Shown here piece after piece: positions 49,626 to 61,789 of a stretch of 64,000 bases of DNA; position 1 is the first letter of the stretch; each line of letters starts with the position of its first letter. The DNA is from Felis catus (lineage: Eukaryota). Below the pieces are notes generated by a model. The model was not told where the DNA came from. It searched no databases and saw only the letters and a program-made list of their open reading frames with translations. The stretch lies in contig NC_058368.1 of assembly GCF_018350175.1 (NCBI RefSeq), positions 103,418,001-103,482,000 on the forward strand, written 5' to 3'. The translations under genes and the position numbers were made by a program.

Positions 49626-51169
49626 TCCCCAAAATAAGAAGTGTCAGAGCATCAGCTGGGGTCAGTGTCTCAAAGAAGGGGGAAAAATGGAAAAGAAATG
49701 TGAGGCTCAGAGTCTAGGCAGCATTCAGGGGGCCAGGAGTTACCCACTTATCAGGGAAAAGGGACTTGAACATCCAAGTGTGTAAAAACATCCTCTTAAC
49801 AGTGCTAGGACTGGTAAGCAGCAGGGAGAAGCAGTTTAAACCTTCTGTGAGAAAGCTGTTGCATGTTTTAATTTAATCCATGGCAACTTTGATACAAAAA
49901 CCTGCTTTTGTTCTTGTTATTCTGCTTCCACGGCTTTGAAATACAGCATGGGTTTTCGGATCACTTTGTGTGTAACCACTTCCGCCTACAAGGGGGTGCA
50001 GCTAGAAATTAAGTCTAAATTTGCAGGTACAAAACGGGCTCTAATCCTTGCTTCCAGTTAAGAGAAACAAAAGAAAATTTAAAATAGGAATCCCAACGTC
50101 CCCCAGGGAACGGTTAAAGATACTACAACACACTCTTGAGGTCACACACAGGTGACAACACTGGAACCACAGATACTCTTTTTGGATTAGGTAAAGCAGT
50201 ATTTTTCATTGACAGAAACCCAACAGGGTTGAGACAGGGTTAGAATCATAGACATAGGACTGCCGCCTAAAAGTTAACAGGTTCCAGAGTCAAGTCAAAG
50301 AAAAACAAATAGGCCCTTTCCTGGTCACATTCTTTTTCCTCTCCTCTGAGAATTCCCTTGCTTCTCCCTTAGAAGTAAATATAAGCAGGGCACAGCACAC
50401 ACACCTGTCCACACAACACAAGAAACGAGCTGAGAATGTCTCCAAGGGATAAGTTCTTAACCTGAGAGAGCAGAGTGTAAACCTTCCCTTTGCAATCTGC
50501 CTGTTCCCCATATCATACATCCTCCTCCCTCCCTGAGAAAGATGCTAGCCTTCTCAGTTCTTTGTTGTATAAAACATACCTTCAACTCAAACACTAGCGC
50601 CTTTGCGTTCACCTGGCCCTTATGCTAGAAAAAGAAGCTTGGCAAATCCGTGCCTCCAGAGACACGGCATGCCTCTCCACTCAGCCAGGTACGAACAATT
50701 ATCTCTTTCTTCTTCCTTCCAAAATTAGTGCACATCAATGTGTATTAAACATTCAGGTATTTGGCGCTAGAGGAATGATAATAGTTTAGTGTAGACAGAA
50801 GACTGTCCCCCATACTTCCATGTCTGATTGTATCAAGCTGCTAGAGTCCATATCCCCAAAAGAAATGCAACGTATGTGCTTAATTTTTCATTGCTGTAAT
50901 TTAGAAACATGTTGACAATTAGACACAGGAGTGATTTGCTCTAAGCTTTTTGTCCTGCTGTGACCTTTGGTCTACTGATGTGACTAGGATCAGAACACCT
51001 GCTCATCATTGCAACATACGTCTTTTCCTAGAACTTCTCCTGATCATCTTTACCCATCACTCTTATAACTCCTTTAAGTGATAGTAAAATGTATTCTATT
51101 TTGTCCATCATGTTAGCCGTATGTTTTCAACTATCTATCAGACTGCTATAAAACAGCTATCTCAGAGAC

Positions 51170-51387
51170 TTTTTAAAAAATATTTATTTATTTTTGAGAG
51201 AGAATGAGAGAGAATGACAGAGTGCAAGCAGGGGAGGGACAGAGAGAGGGAGACATAGAATCCAAAGCAGGCCTCGGGCCCTGAGCTGTCAGCACAGAGC
51301 ACAAGGTGGGGTTCAAACCCACGAACCGTGAGACCATGACCTGGGCCAGAGTTGGACGCTTAACCAACTGAGCCACCCAGTTGCCCC
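51170..51387 (-). mobile_element. Felid Can-SINE
   Basis: Reverse SINE ending GAGCCACCCAGTTGCCCC. Confidence 0.93.
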
Positions 51388-51399
51388 TAAAAAGTTATT

Positions 51400-51607
51400 T
51401 TTAAAAATTTTTTGTAATGTTCACCCATTTTTAAGAGGGGGGAGGGAGGGGCATAGAGAGGGAGATACAGAATCTGAAGGAGGCTCCAGGCTCCCAGCTG
51501 TCAGCTGTCAGCACAGAGCCTGATGCAGGGCTCAAACCCACAAACTGCAAGATCATGACCTGAACCAAAGTCTGACACTTAACCAACTGAGCCACCCAGG
51601 CACCCCT
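51400..51607 (-). mobile_element. Felid Can-SINE, tandem with the previous copy
   Basis: Reverse SINE ending GAGCCACCCAGGCACCCC, with an internal AGCTGTC duplication. Confidence 0.93.
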
Positions 51608-51772
51608 GAAAAGTTTTTAGAAAAATATTTTCTTTCAAATGACTCCTAATGTTTATTAACAGGCTCCATTTAAAGTAAATATAATCTTCTCTCCACAAGT
51701 ACATGAAGGAAAAGGTGAGCAAAATATATTTTTCTGATATAAAGCAAGTAGAAATGCTCAATGATAAATGCA

Positions 51773-51904
51773 GGGGTTGGTGCACCTGGGTGGCTCAGTT
51801 GGTTTAGGGACCAATTCTTGACTTTGCTTCAGGTCATGATCTCACTGTTCAAGAGATCAAGTCCTGAGTAGGGCTCTGCTTTGATAGCATGGAGCCTGCT
51901 TGGG

Positions 51905-51955
<51 letters not shown>

Positions 51956-52020
51956 CTCCCCAACTCATGTGCAAGCTCTCTCTCTCTCTCTCAAAATAAA
52001 TAAACACTTTAAAAAGAAAA
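51773..52020 (+). mobile_element. Can-SINE with long (CT)n
   Basis: CACCTGGGTGGCTCAGTTGG head, about 22 CT units and an AATAAA tail. Confidence 0.92.
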
Positions 52021-53050
52021 TAAATAGCATTTTCCTCAAGACTTCTCTCTCTTTTCTTTTATTATATCAGACAAATACTTTTACTAAGAGTTATTTTTTT
52101 TACTATTTTACAATGTTTTGTTTTGCATCTCTAAGACTGACAGAAATTCATAAAAAAATTAAAACTATACACAAAATTATGTGTTCTAAAATTAAACATA
52201 ATAAATTTTCTCACTTTATTATCACTGAAACCAAATGCATTACTTGAAAGTGATTGAAAAATATTCAACCAAATTAAATAGGCTGCTATACTATGAGCTG
52301 GTGTTAATTTCACCTCATTTATATTAATGTAAAGCAAATCATCAGAGCAGAAGTGAAAACTTAACAGCATTTGTTAGTAAATTCCACTTAATGCTCTGGC
52401 AGTGTTATAGACATATCATTAATTACACTGTGCTAGGACACAGTGCTAAATCACTTATTGGAAATCGTCTTCTTAATGTAGCCCTTAATTTTGGCCACTA
52501 TCAAAAGAATGCTTCATCTTGAAGACCTATCAAAATATTGATCTGAAACTCCAAGTCTAATTGGATATTTCACAATTATATTGTCTCAGAAAAAAATAGT
52601 TGGCAACGTTTGTCATTTCTGGACAATTAGTCTTATAAGAATAAAGAAGATAAATCTGCAGATCAATTACCTGTTGGATATCCTGAGTACTGAGTGATTA
52701 CCTGTTTTTTCAACAATTTATTTTCTCCTCAGTAAGAGCGTAAAGTTAATTCTTATGCCATGCACATGTGATCACAATTGATAAGGAATTTATGACGGCA
52801 ATCATAAATCAATTTTTGTATTCACTCTTCTCCTAAGATATATAATGAAAGAGGATAAATACATCATTTGTAACACATCTGCAGGACCAAAAGTGTAAAC
52901 AGAAGTATTGTTTAAATAAATTCATAGCATATTTGAAAATTCAAATCAACCTGATTAAAATGAACACTTACTAACTTTTTGAAGTGAATACTAAGGCTTT
53001 TCCTTATATAGAACTTTCTTCTTATGAAGAAATAGAAATATTATCTGAAC

Positions 53051-53190
53051 ACAGTAGTACTGAGATGACAAAATATAGTACTAAGTACTATAGTACTTAG
53101 ATGACAGTACAGTACAGTACTGTACAGTAGTACAGTAGTACTAAGTACTAAGTACTAAGTACTGTACAGTAGTACTAAGATGACAAAATA
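53051..53190. repeat. AGTACT palindrome patchwork between 25-bp direct repeats
   Basis: ACAGTAGTACT(G/A)AGATGACAAAATA at 53051-53075 and 53166-53190. Ten AGTACT hexamers in the block. Confidence 0.92.
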
Positions 53191-53737
53191 CTTATGTGGC
53201 AAATTTATCCTATATAGATGAGCTGATAAGGGACAGGTAGGACAGGGTACACAGAGAAATTATTGTGTTATTGGGGCTAGCTGTTCTGGCTTTGGACTAA
53301 TACAGCTGTATCTTCAGCTGATGGGAAATACCTGTGAAGAAGCTTCCAGTTTTCTTTTGTTATGTGTATACTGGGATTGAGTGTCCTTGGGGAACATCAC
53401 TGCTACTGTTTCCTCAGAGAATAAACATATGAATGTATTATCTCACAAGTAGCTTGCTTCTCTGAGTATACTGGGAGACAAAATCATGCAACCTTTCCCC
53501 ATAGCCTGTGAATTTTCTGACTGGAAAGTGATTTCCTGTTCCTGACTCTCCACTTCCATAACAAAAATACAAGCATTTTTACAGTGTTTATCCTGGGCTT
53601 GTCCTTTTAATAAGTGCAGGGACAATCCCTTAGCTGAGGTTTAGTTCACTCTAAATGAATTCCTAAACAATCAGAAATTCTTTAGTTTGCTGTTTGTAAA
53701 AGTATGAGTCAGAAGTAGGTTTGACTCCTTACAATTT

Positions 53738-53740
<3 letters not shown>

Positions 53741-53769
<29 letters not shown>
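53741..53769 (+). repeat. (CA)n microsatellite
   Basis: About 14 AC units. Confidence 0.95.
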
Positions 53770-53771
<2 letters not shown>

Positions 53772-53784
53772 CACACACCCTACA

Positions 53785-54233
53785 GGCTTTAATATATATA
53801 AATTAAACCAAAGAGAAATTTATTTCTTTCTCACACAATAGAAGTCCAATGTTTCTGAGCCCAGAGTTCCATGGAATCTCCATGGCATGCATAAGGCATC
53901 GAGTTGCCCTCCAGCTCCCGGTTGTGCCACCACTCAAGCATTACCCTATTTGCATAGTCCAAAATGGTTGCATGAGCTCCAGCTGCTACATCTGTACTCC
54001 AGGTAACAGGACAGGAGAAGAGGTGGACACATACATACACCTCTTTTTCAGGAGACATCTTAGGGACAGCTCTCTTGTTTCTCATTGTGCAGAATTTACC
54101 ACATGGTCATATTTAGATACAAGATTAGCTACAAAATGTTGTTTTAAAATGATATGTCAATTTGCCTAGTTAAAGGTAGCAATTATACTGGGGGAAAACT
54201 AACAATGAAAGTCAATAAGCTCACACTGCCACA
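53785..54233 (-). mobile_element. MLT1J/K-like LTR
   Basis: AAATTTATTTCTTTCTCACACAATAGAAGTCC...AAAATGGTTGC...GCTCCAGC...ending CTGCCACA. Confidence 0.65.
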
Positions 54234-54277
54234 ATACCAATTTTTCAAAGTTTTTCTTTTTAAAAAAATAATTTCTA

Positions 54278-54490
54278 GGGCACCTGGGTGGCTCAGTCAG
54301 TGAAGTGTTTGACTTCAGCTCAAGTCATGGTCTCATGGTTGGTGGGTTCAAGCCCCACGTCAGGCTCTGTGCTGATAGCTCACAGCTTGGAGCCTGCTTC
54401 AGATTCTGTGTCTCCCTCTCTCTCTGCCCCTTCCCCAATCTCTCATACATGCTCTCTGTCTCTCAAAAATAAATACACATTTTAAAAAAA
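54278..54490 (+). mobile_element. Felid Can-SINE
   Basis: GGGCACCTGGGTGGCTCAGTCAG head and full body. Confidence 0.94.
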
Positions 54491-55169
54491 GAACTTAACA
54501 TTTGCCACTAAGTAAGTATGCAGTTATAAGTCAAGCCTCAACCAATGTGTTTCTTCCTAAACAGTACTCGCTGCAAATCAGGAATCAGGACTGCAAGGGA
54601 CTTAAGCACACGGACTGTAGGTTGTTGTATGTATGCAATGAATACATACTAACATTTGAGTGAAGAATTAAATAGTTCAGATAATGTACGATCCAAACGA
54701 CAAAGGGTAAAAATGTCAAACCTAGAAAACATCTGGACATGAGACTGAGATTTCACATGCCACTTACTAACAAGCGATGCCATGCAAATCACCCAAACTC
54801 TGCAAGGCTCAGCTTCCTTCTTTTGCAATGGAGTCAACAAGCCAATCGACGGTAACACAGAATTGTACAATTTATCTGATGGTAATCAAGGGGTCCAAAC
54901 TTTTTGAATACACCACCGTGCTTCTAGAGGCTCAGTTATGAATCCAGGTGCCATGAATGACTGATTTTTCCTTGTTCAGCTGTCCAGTATATAATTAACT
55001 ACCAAATCCTCTGGAGCTTTACGTGCGGTATCAATTTGTCCACACTGTTCCGTCCATTTTGCTACAAGGCCAGTCTAAGACACGATCATACCGCCATATC
55101 TTATGTGGATTACCACAGAAGATTGGTCACTGCTCTCATTTCCCACAGCCTTGTTTTTCTTGGGCACAT

Positions 55170-55700
55170 TTTCCACGCACAAACCTAGTAAACACAACAC
55201 CTAATTAAAATCATTCAGTGGCTTTCCATTTCCCTTAGGGTCAAGTTCAAATACCGTAAGTTGGCTATCAAGTCCTTCATTTCCTGGGCTCGAGCAGCTT
55301 CCATTTTTGCTTCTTCTCTTCCCTAACTCACACCCTTTCATCTAGCCATAGTTAACCACTTTCAGCCTTTTCCAAAGTGTAATGCCCTCATCTACAGGCT
55401 TTGCACATGCTTTTTTCCTTACTTGAAACATCATTCCTTCTCTTTCTACCTCTCTCAACTTTTCTATCTAGCTCTTTTTTTTTTAATTCATTTATCTACT
55501 AATCATTTCCTCTGAAATCTCACCCCACTCCCAGACTCAGTGAGGTGCCCCTGCATTTATCAGTCTATTTTTTTAACCAGCTGTTTAATAACCTAATCTC
55601 TACAGACTGCAAATTCCACCAATGAATTAACCAAGTATATTCTTCATATTTAGCACAGTACTTACTTGGGATGTAATAAGAATTTATTAAATATGAACAG
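55170..55700 (+). mobile_element. L2 3' fragment
   Basis: TTAAAATCATTCAGTGGCTTTCCATT...GGCTTTGCACATGCT...TAGCACAGTACTT. Confidence 0.7.
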
Positions 55701-56614
55701 TATATATTTCAATTAATCTCAATCAACAGACATATTTTTCAGCCCTAAAATACAGAACAAAATACATGTAAAGCTGCATATAATTATAATAATAATTTTT
55801 GCATTAAACTTTAGTCTATTTATATTTTTTTATAATATAAAGATATCTTTAGATTTCTGTCATTTAAACTTCAGACGCCAGATGTCACAGATCTGAACCT
55901 GTTCCTGCTTTTCTTAAAACATAAAATATGTGGCATGTTCTGGCCTTGTTGAGCCTGGAGATCAGAAACAAAGTCTCAATTTTCCCTCTCCCATCTATAA
56001 AAGAAGGGTTTAGCTCTGGAGAACTCTGCTGATGTAACTCACAATTTTTGCTGAACCTTCTAATCATTTATCTCCAGTCAACGGGATTTCTTGAAATGTG
56101 GAACTCTAAGAATTGTGTGACTTACTTCGAAAAGGCTCTTTAGTTTTTCTCGTTAACTCTTCCTTTCATGGGAAATAAAGGAGAAAAGTGCCAGAGGGTG
56201 ATCAATGAAGTTTTTATCAAGTCTGATGATATCTATCCAATAAAAAAAATGATTCTTGTGGCAACCGTACTTAATATCATTTCACTCCATCTTTTATTTT
56301 CCTCTTCAATCACTGTATTATTTAGATAGGAAAACGCCACTAGAATGAGCCTTCCAACAGTTTTTGTTTACAACTTGGCTTTTATTAAAAAAAAGTCTTA
56401 AAAATTATTTTCCCCTTCAATATTTTAAAGATATTTTAAACGTTTCAGTGTTAGTTTCTAAAATATAATAATGCTATTAATTATACAAGAACTAAGCAAT
56501 TCATTGGACAGGTTCATTTCTCTATGGAAAGAGCTCCAGAAAATTGAAGTGAAGGTAATTCTGAAAGCACAGGTTCTTTCAATTTACAGTTTAGTCGAAA
56601 AAATAAATAGTACA

Positions 56615-57069
56615 GGGCAACTGGGTGGATCAGGTGGTTAAGCATCTGACTTCAGCTCAGGTCATAATCTTATGGTTCATGGGTTCAAGCCCCACATGAG
56701 GCTCTCTACAGTCAGCTCAGGGGATTCTGTGTCTCCCTTTCACTCTGACTTCCCCTCTTGTGCTCTCTCTCTCTCTGTGTCTCTAAAAAATAAATGAATA
56801 GGGGCGCCTGGGTGGCGCAGTCGGTTAAGCGTCCGACTTCAGTCAGGTCACGATCTCGCGGTCCGTGAGTTCCAGCCCCGCGTCAGGCTCTGGGCTGATG
56901 GCTCAGAGCCTGGAGCCTATTTCCGATTCTGTGTCTCCCTCTCTCTCTGCCCCTCCCCCGTTCATGCTCTGTCTCTCTCTGTCCCAAAAATAAAAATAAA
57001 CGTTGAAAAAAATAAAAAAATTAAAAAAAAATAAAAATAAATGAATAAACTTTAAAAAAAAAAAAGAAA
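56615..57069 (+). mobile_element. Older Can-SINE (56615-56800 plus tail 57048-57069) hosting a young SINE
   Basis: Outer degenerate TSD GAAAAAATAAATAGTACA / GAAAAAAGAAACGGTACA. Confidence 0.88.
56801..57032 (+). mobile_element. Young SINEC_Fc nested in a SINE tail
   Basis: GGGGCGCCTGGGTGGCGCAGTCGGTTAAGCGTCCG head. TSD AAAAATAAATGAATA at 56786-56800 and 57033-57047. Confidence 0.96.
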
Positions 57070-57599
57070 GAAAAAAGAAACGGTACAAACTTACAGACGT
57101 ATAGTCACACAGACATAGCAAGAGAATCATCTACACCCACTGAAAACATGAAAACACTGCCATATCCAAACAGACATCCATATTTAACCTGAATAGTATC
57201 TGAAATGGATGGAGGCGAGGAATATGTAGCTCTGTATGTTTTATTCTCTTTATAAATAAATATCTTAAATACAACAGTTACAGCTAGGAATGATAGCTTA
57301 ACTGTGACAGTCAGGGTACATAATCTAACCCCTTCTCTCTCCCTCCATCCCCACCCCACAAACACACTCACACACAGCATAGCACAGAAATATGAATTTA
57401 AGCACACACAGATAATATTCATTCCTATAGGAGGACACATGGATTTATATACAGAAAACACAAACTTCACATAAGTCCACAGATGGATGCATAATAGTTT
57501 TCTATTAGAAAACCAAATTGTAATATTTTTAAAATTGTTTGTGAGGCATATTTGTACAAAAATGGTGAAGTGAAAAGACTTATGTCGTGTTGATAGAAT

Positions 57600-58000
57600 G
57601 CCCCAACTAAAATCTAATAAAAAGTCTTTTAAGAGAATTAGAACATAATAGAGTTGGCAAAAGAAAAATAGGCTCAAATGGGCCAGAAATTAAAAGAAAT
57701 TCCTGAAGATTAGAGGTAGATACAATCGAATTGAAATAGGAGTACAAAAGACTACTAGTAGCAGTGGAAGCAATCCAAGATTGTACGTAACCAATAAAAT
57801 GAACAGAAATGGCATCTGAGGAAAATACTGAACAACTAACTGATAGAGAACTCACAGTCAGAGCCATTTGGTTGTTCTCCCTATTCTCTGTTCCCTATTC
57901 TGCTTGGCTTTGGAGAAGGCCATAGCATTCATTACCAAAAACCCAGATAGGAAAGTGACAAAATTTTGACATGCTGAGCATTTCCCAAAGGAGTTCGTGA
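57600..58000 (+). mobile_element. Possible Tigger/pogo transposase remnant
   Basis: Broken translation gives IIELAKE...EENTEQLTDREL...ALEKAIAFITKNPD, reminiscent of Tigger transposase C-termini. Confidence 0.3.
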
Positions 58001-58644
58001 ACCCCCAGAATATACTAGAAGACCAAAACCAAGAAGGAAACAATGTCAGATACAACCAATATATTTGTCTTTCAAAATTAGACAGGGGAGATCCTGTTCT
58101 TAGAAGCTATATTCACAAAGAAGCTGTGCCCACAAAGCTGTATCCACAAAGAATAGTGTAGGAGTTCTGAAAACATGTTTATATCATCCCCAAAAAGTCA
58201 CCAAACTTTCAGAAAAAATTTAAAAAAAAAACCATGAAACAAAAGCACTTAGTTAAACTTACAGAGAAATCCCCAATTGGGAAGACAAGAAAGGGTATGA
58301 AATCTATATGTGCAAAGCTAGAGAGCCCATCATAAATCTTGGAAACTAAACATCTCACAGTATTATTTTTTAAAGTAGTATGGCATGTAAGAGCACAAGA
58401 GAAATAAGCCAGGGGTAAATGAAAAACCTGGGACATTAGAAGGAGATAGTCTCTTGTAACACAAAAAAAGCAAAGGGATAGAGAGTAGGAACAGAGAAAA
58501 TTGTACGCAGACATAAAAGATAAATCCATTTGTCCTAATGAATTGAGACTTCAGAAGCCACTTAATAGGGATTCCAAAAAGAAAAAGAGAGTAAACGTAA
58601 AGAAATAATAGTAAAAAAAAAATCCCTGGTTAAATAAAATAAAG

Positions 58645-59512
58645 AAATTTATAGACTGATCCAAAAATTCATTTGAAATTATAAGGGAGTTAGAACCTTA
58701 GAAAAGGAGAGACAAGTTTGAATGATCACGCTTCCTGATTTCAAAACTTACTGCAAAGTTACACTTATCAAGACAGTGTGATACTCGCATATGAATAGGC
58801 ATATAGATCAACGGAATAGAATTAAAATTCCAGAAATAAACCTTGACATTTATGATCATTGGTTTTCATCTAGATGTCAAGACAGTTCAATGTAGAATAG
58901 TCTTTTCAGCAAATGGTGCTAGGCAGCTACATGCAAAATAATGACTACCCATTCCCATGTTACATAATGTACAAAAATTAATTCAGTGTAGATTCAAAAC
59001 CTAAAAAGAAGAGTTAAAACTATAGAACTAGCTCAACAGCACTAACAACAAAAAACACAACCAACCCAATTTAAAAATGGGCAAATGAATTGAATACACA
59101 TTACTCCAATAAGACGAATGGCCAATAAACACGTGAAAATCAAATCCACAATGAGACATCACTTCACATCCACTAAGGTGGTCATAATAAAACAAAAACA
59201 AAAACTAGAAAATAATCAGTAATATCAAGGATGTGGAGACTGGAACCCTCATGCATAGCTAGTGGGAATATAAAATGATACCCACTGAGGAAATCATCTT
59301 AACGTGTTCTCAAAACACTAAACACAGAATTATCACATGACCCAGCAATCACACTTCTAGATATATAACCCCATCCCCCAAAAGGAAAAAAGATGTTCAA
59401 AAACCTTTTACATATATGTTCACAGCAGCACTATTCACAATAGCCGAAGATAGGTACAACTCAAATGTGGACCAATGGTCGAACTGATAAACAAAATGTG
59501 GTAATACCCATA
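58645..59512 (+). mobile_element. L1MB-type ORF2 3' fragment with internal deletion
   Basis: CTGATCCAAAAATTCATTTG...CCTGATTTCAAAACTTACT...CACAGCAGCACTATTCACAATAGCC...ATAAACAAAATGTGGTA. Confidence 0.85.
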
Positions 59513-59985
59513 TGCAGAGGTTCAAGGGATTTGGAGGCTGATCTAGAAACATGACCACAAGTTGGCAGTAACACACACAAGTATTATTAGGTGATGCATT
59601 ATCGTATTTTCATGGAAGAAAAGTCCCTCACAACAGTAATCTGTCCAGAGGCTAGAGCATAGGGGTGGCTATTGATAAGGGGAGGAGGGCAAGGGAACTT
59701 CCAGGGGAGAGAGGGTTCGGGGAGGGAGCTCACAAATCCGTATGGTATCAGTAAGCAGCAGAGCAAGGAGTTTCTCTGGATCAGAGAAACATGAAGTGGG
59801 TAGCAGCGTGGGGCCCTATAATGACAAGGCCTCAGCTTATCAATGAATGTCAGCTTTCTGTGAGGTTCTGTGGAATATGCAAAGCAGGTAGCCTCTCTGT
59901 GACTAAAAATCTGCCGGTTTAGGCTACTTTAAAGATAATTAGATGTGAAAATTTGAGTATGGCTCTGGCAGATTTTGCGGCTAAT
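59513..59985 (-). mobile_element. ERVL-type LTR (MER74/MER54/LTR53-like) inserted in the L1
   Basis: Non-L1, G-rich block starting TGCAGAGGTTCAAGGGATTTGG...CATGACCACAAGTTGGCAG...TATTATTAGG. L1-like TTCAGCTGCTATAAAAAGGAAT resumes afterwards. Confidence 0.4.
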
Positions 59986-60009
59986 AGATTTCAGCTGCTA
60001 TAAAAAGGA

Positions 60010-60103
60010 ATAAAATTAAATAAATAAATAAATAAAAATAAAATAAAATAAAATAAAATAAAATAAAATAAAATAAAATAAGATACATAAGATAAAATAA
60101 AAA
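60010..60103 (+). repeat. (TAAAA)n repeat
   Basis: A run of TAAA/TAAAA units directly before a SINE. Confidence 0.9.
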
Positions 60104-60310
60104 GGGGTGCCTAGGTAGCTGAGTTGGTTAAGTGTCTGATTCTTGATACAGGCTCAGGTCATGATTTCAGGGCTTGTGAGTTGGGGATCCACATCCAGCA
60201 CTGTGCTAACAGTGTGGAGTCTGCTTGGGATTCTCTCTCTCCCTCTCTCTCTGCCCCTTCCCCACTCGCTCTCTTTCTTTCAAAAACAAATAAATAAACA
60301 TTAAAAATAT
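60104..60310 (+). mobile_element. Can-SINE
   Basis: GGGGTGCCTAGGTAGCTGAGTTGG head, CT tract and tail. Confidence 0.92.
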
Positions 60311-61724
60311 AAAAGCAAATAACCTAGGAGCCAATACAAAGAGGATATGTTTGGCTCATTTAAAAAAAAAAAAAAACAGCACAAAACTGGAGGGGCCAAG
60401 ATGGTGGAATAGCATGGAAGTATTTTTTTGTGTCTCTCATCCCTCTTGCACACCTAGAAAAGTGACTTGAGGGTTAACACAACAATCTGCACAACCTGAA
60501 CCACAGAACTCAGCAGGTATGCATCACAGAGAGGTAAACTGGGGGAGAGAAAAGCCACAGAGGGCAGGGAGCTAATTTTGCTTGCAGAGAGAGGATGGAG
60601 ACAGCGGCGGGGGGGGGGGGGGGGGGGGATATGGGAAAGCACTTCCCCCCAAAGTAGCTGGAGAGAAAAGAGTACACAAGAGACTGAACAAAAAATAGAA
60701 AAAGAAGAAAGGAGGGGGCTTAAATTCCATTAAGACTCTATAAACAGGGGGAGTGCAGAGTCTGAGACTCTGCAGCTTGATGCCTGGAGGTGCTCTAGTG
60801 GGAAGGGCAAATCTCCAGGGGCAGAGAGTAAGGTCCGATGAGTCCTCTGGCCATACAGGGAGAGGGGGTTCCCCTGATGGCAGGACATTTGGTAGAGGCT
60901 GTATGGCCTGTCCACAGACAAAGGTTCCAGAGGACCCCAGAGAAAAACCACATTCGCTGGTGCTGGAACAAGGACATTAAGTGGGAAGCCTGGTGCCAGA
61001 TGTGTGTTGTGGTTTACCACAATCCCTGAAATGCTGTTATTACATGATCACATGAACTTTTTCTGGAGCAAGCTAGCACCCAGCTGCAATTTCTGGGCAT
61101 GGACAGCAGCACAATGTCGCAAATGTTCCTGGGGGAGGGCAAGCACCCGGCCATTGCTCGGTGAGACCCTCCCCCAGAGGGCCAGAGTCACAGTCCCTCA
61201 GAAGTGAGGAGTTGGGAAACACAGATACATGTGAGATAAAACTCAGGAGGAAAGTGCCTCCTGGCAGCCTAACAGCTTGATTACAGACAGTGTAAAAGCG
61301 GGGAGTGGACATAAACTGGAGACAAAGAAGGGGTGCTTGACTGCCAGTTGGGGAGAGCAGAGTTCTGATACTATAGACTGGGTAGCCAGGTGATGTCATT
61401 CACTCCTGCTGTGTACCCACACACACGCATACACATGCCACAACAATCACTCCAGTAAGCTACACAGAGCCATCCAGTGGAGAGTGGAGCCATTATACTG
61501 AGGCCCGCCCAACCAGGCCAACTGCACTCTTCAGGAAAACCACAAGTCTCTTCACCTGCTTAGTATACAGACTATAAAGTGCTTCATAGTTTGACTTGGG
61601 GAAACCAATGTAATTTCAATTGTATTTCAGTCTGTTCACTGGACCATTTATTCATTTTTTTCTTTTTCTTTTCTCATTCTTAAATACAGAAAGAGAAAAA
61701 AATTTATTTTCATTTTCCATTTTT

Positions 61725-61756
61725 TTATTTTTTAAATATCGCTATTTATCTTTTTT

Positions 61757-61789
<33 letters not shown>

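Noticed and set aside
53051..53190. Repeat-spacer-repeat layout suggesting a mini CRISPR or MITE
   Set aside because: The intervening DNA is made of pieces of the repeat itself, there are only two copies, and there are no terminal inverted repeats.
56471..56641. Short ORF MLLIIQELSNSLDRFISLWKELQKIEVK... with an internal AAG|GTAATT
   Set aside because: No pyrimidine tract, the frame runs into a SINE, and the peptide is unrecognised.
57105..57677. 190-aa minus-strand ORF, the longest non-L1 ORF
   Set aside because: It is the reverse of A-rich low-complexity sequence, giving an F/L/C/V-rich product with no motif or splice support.
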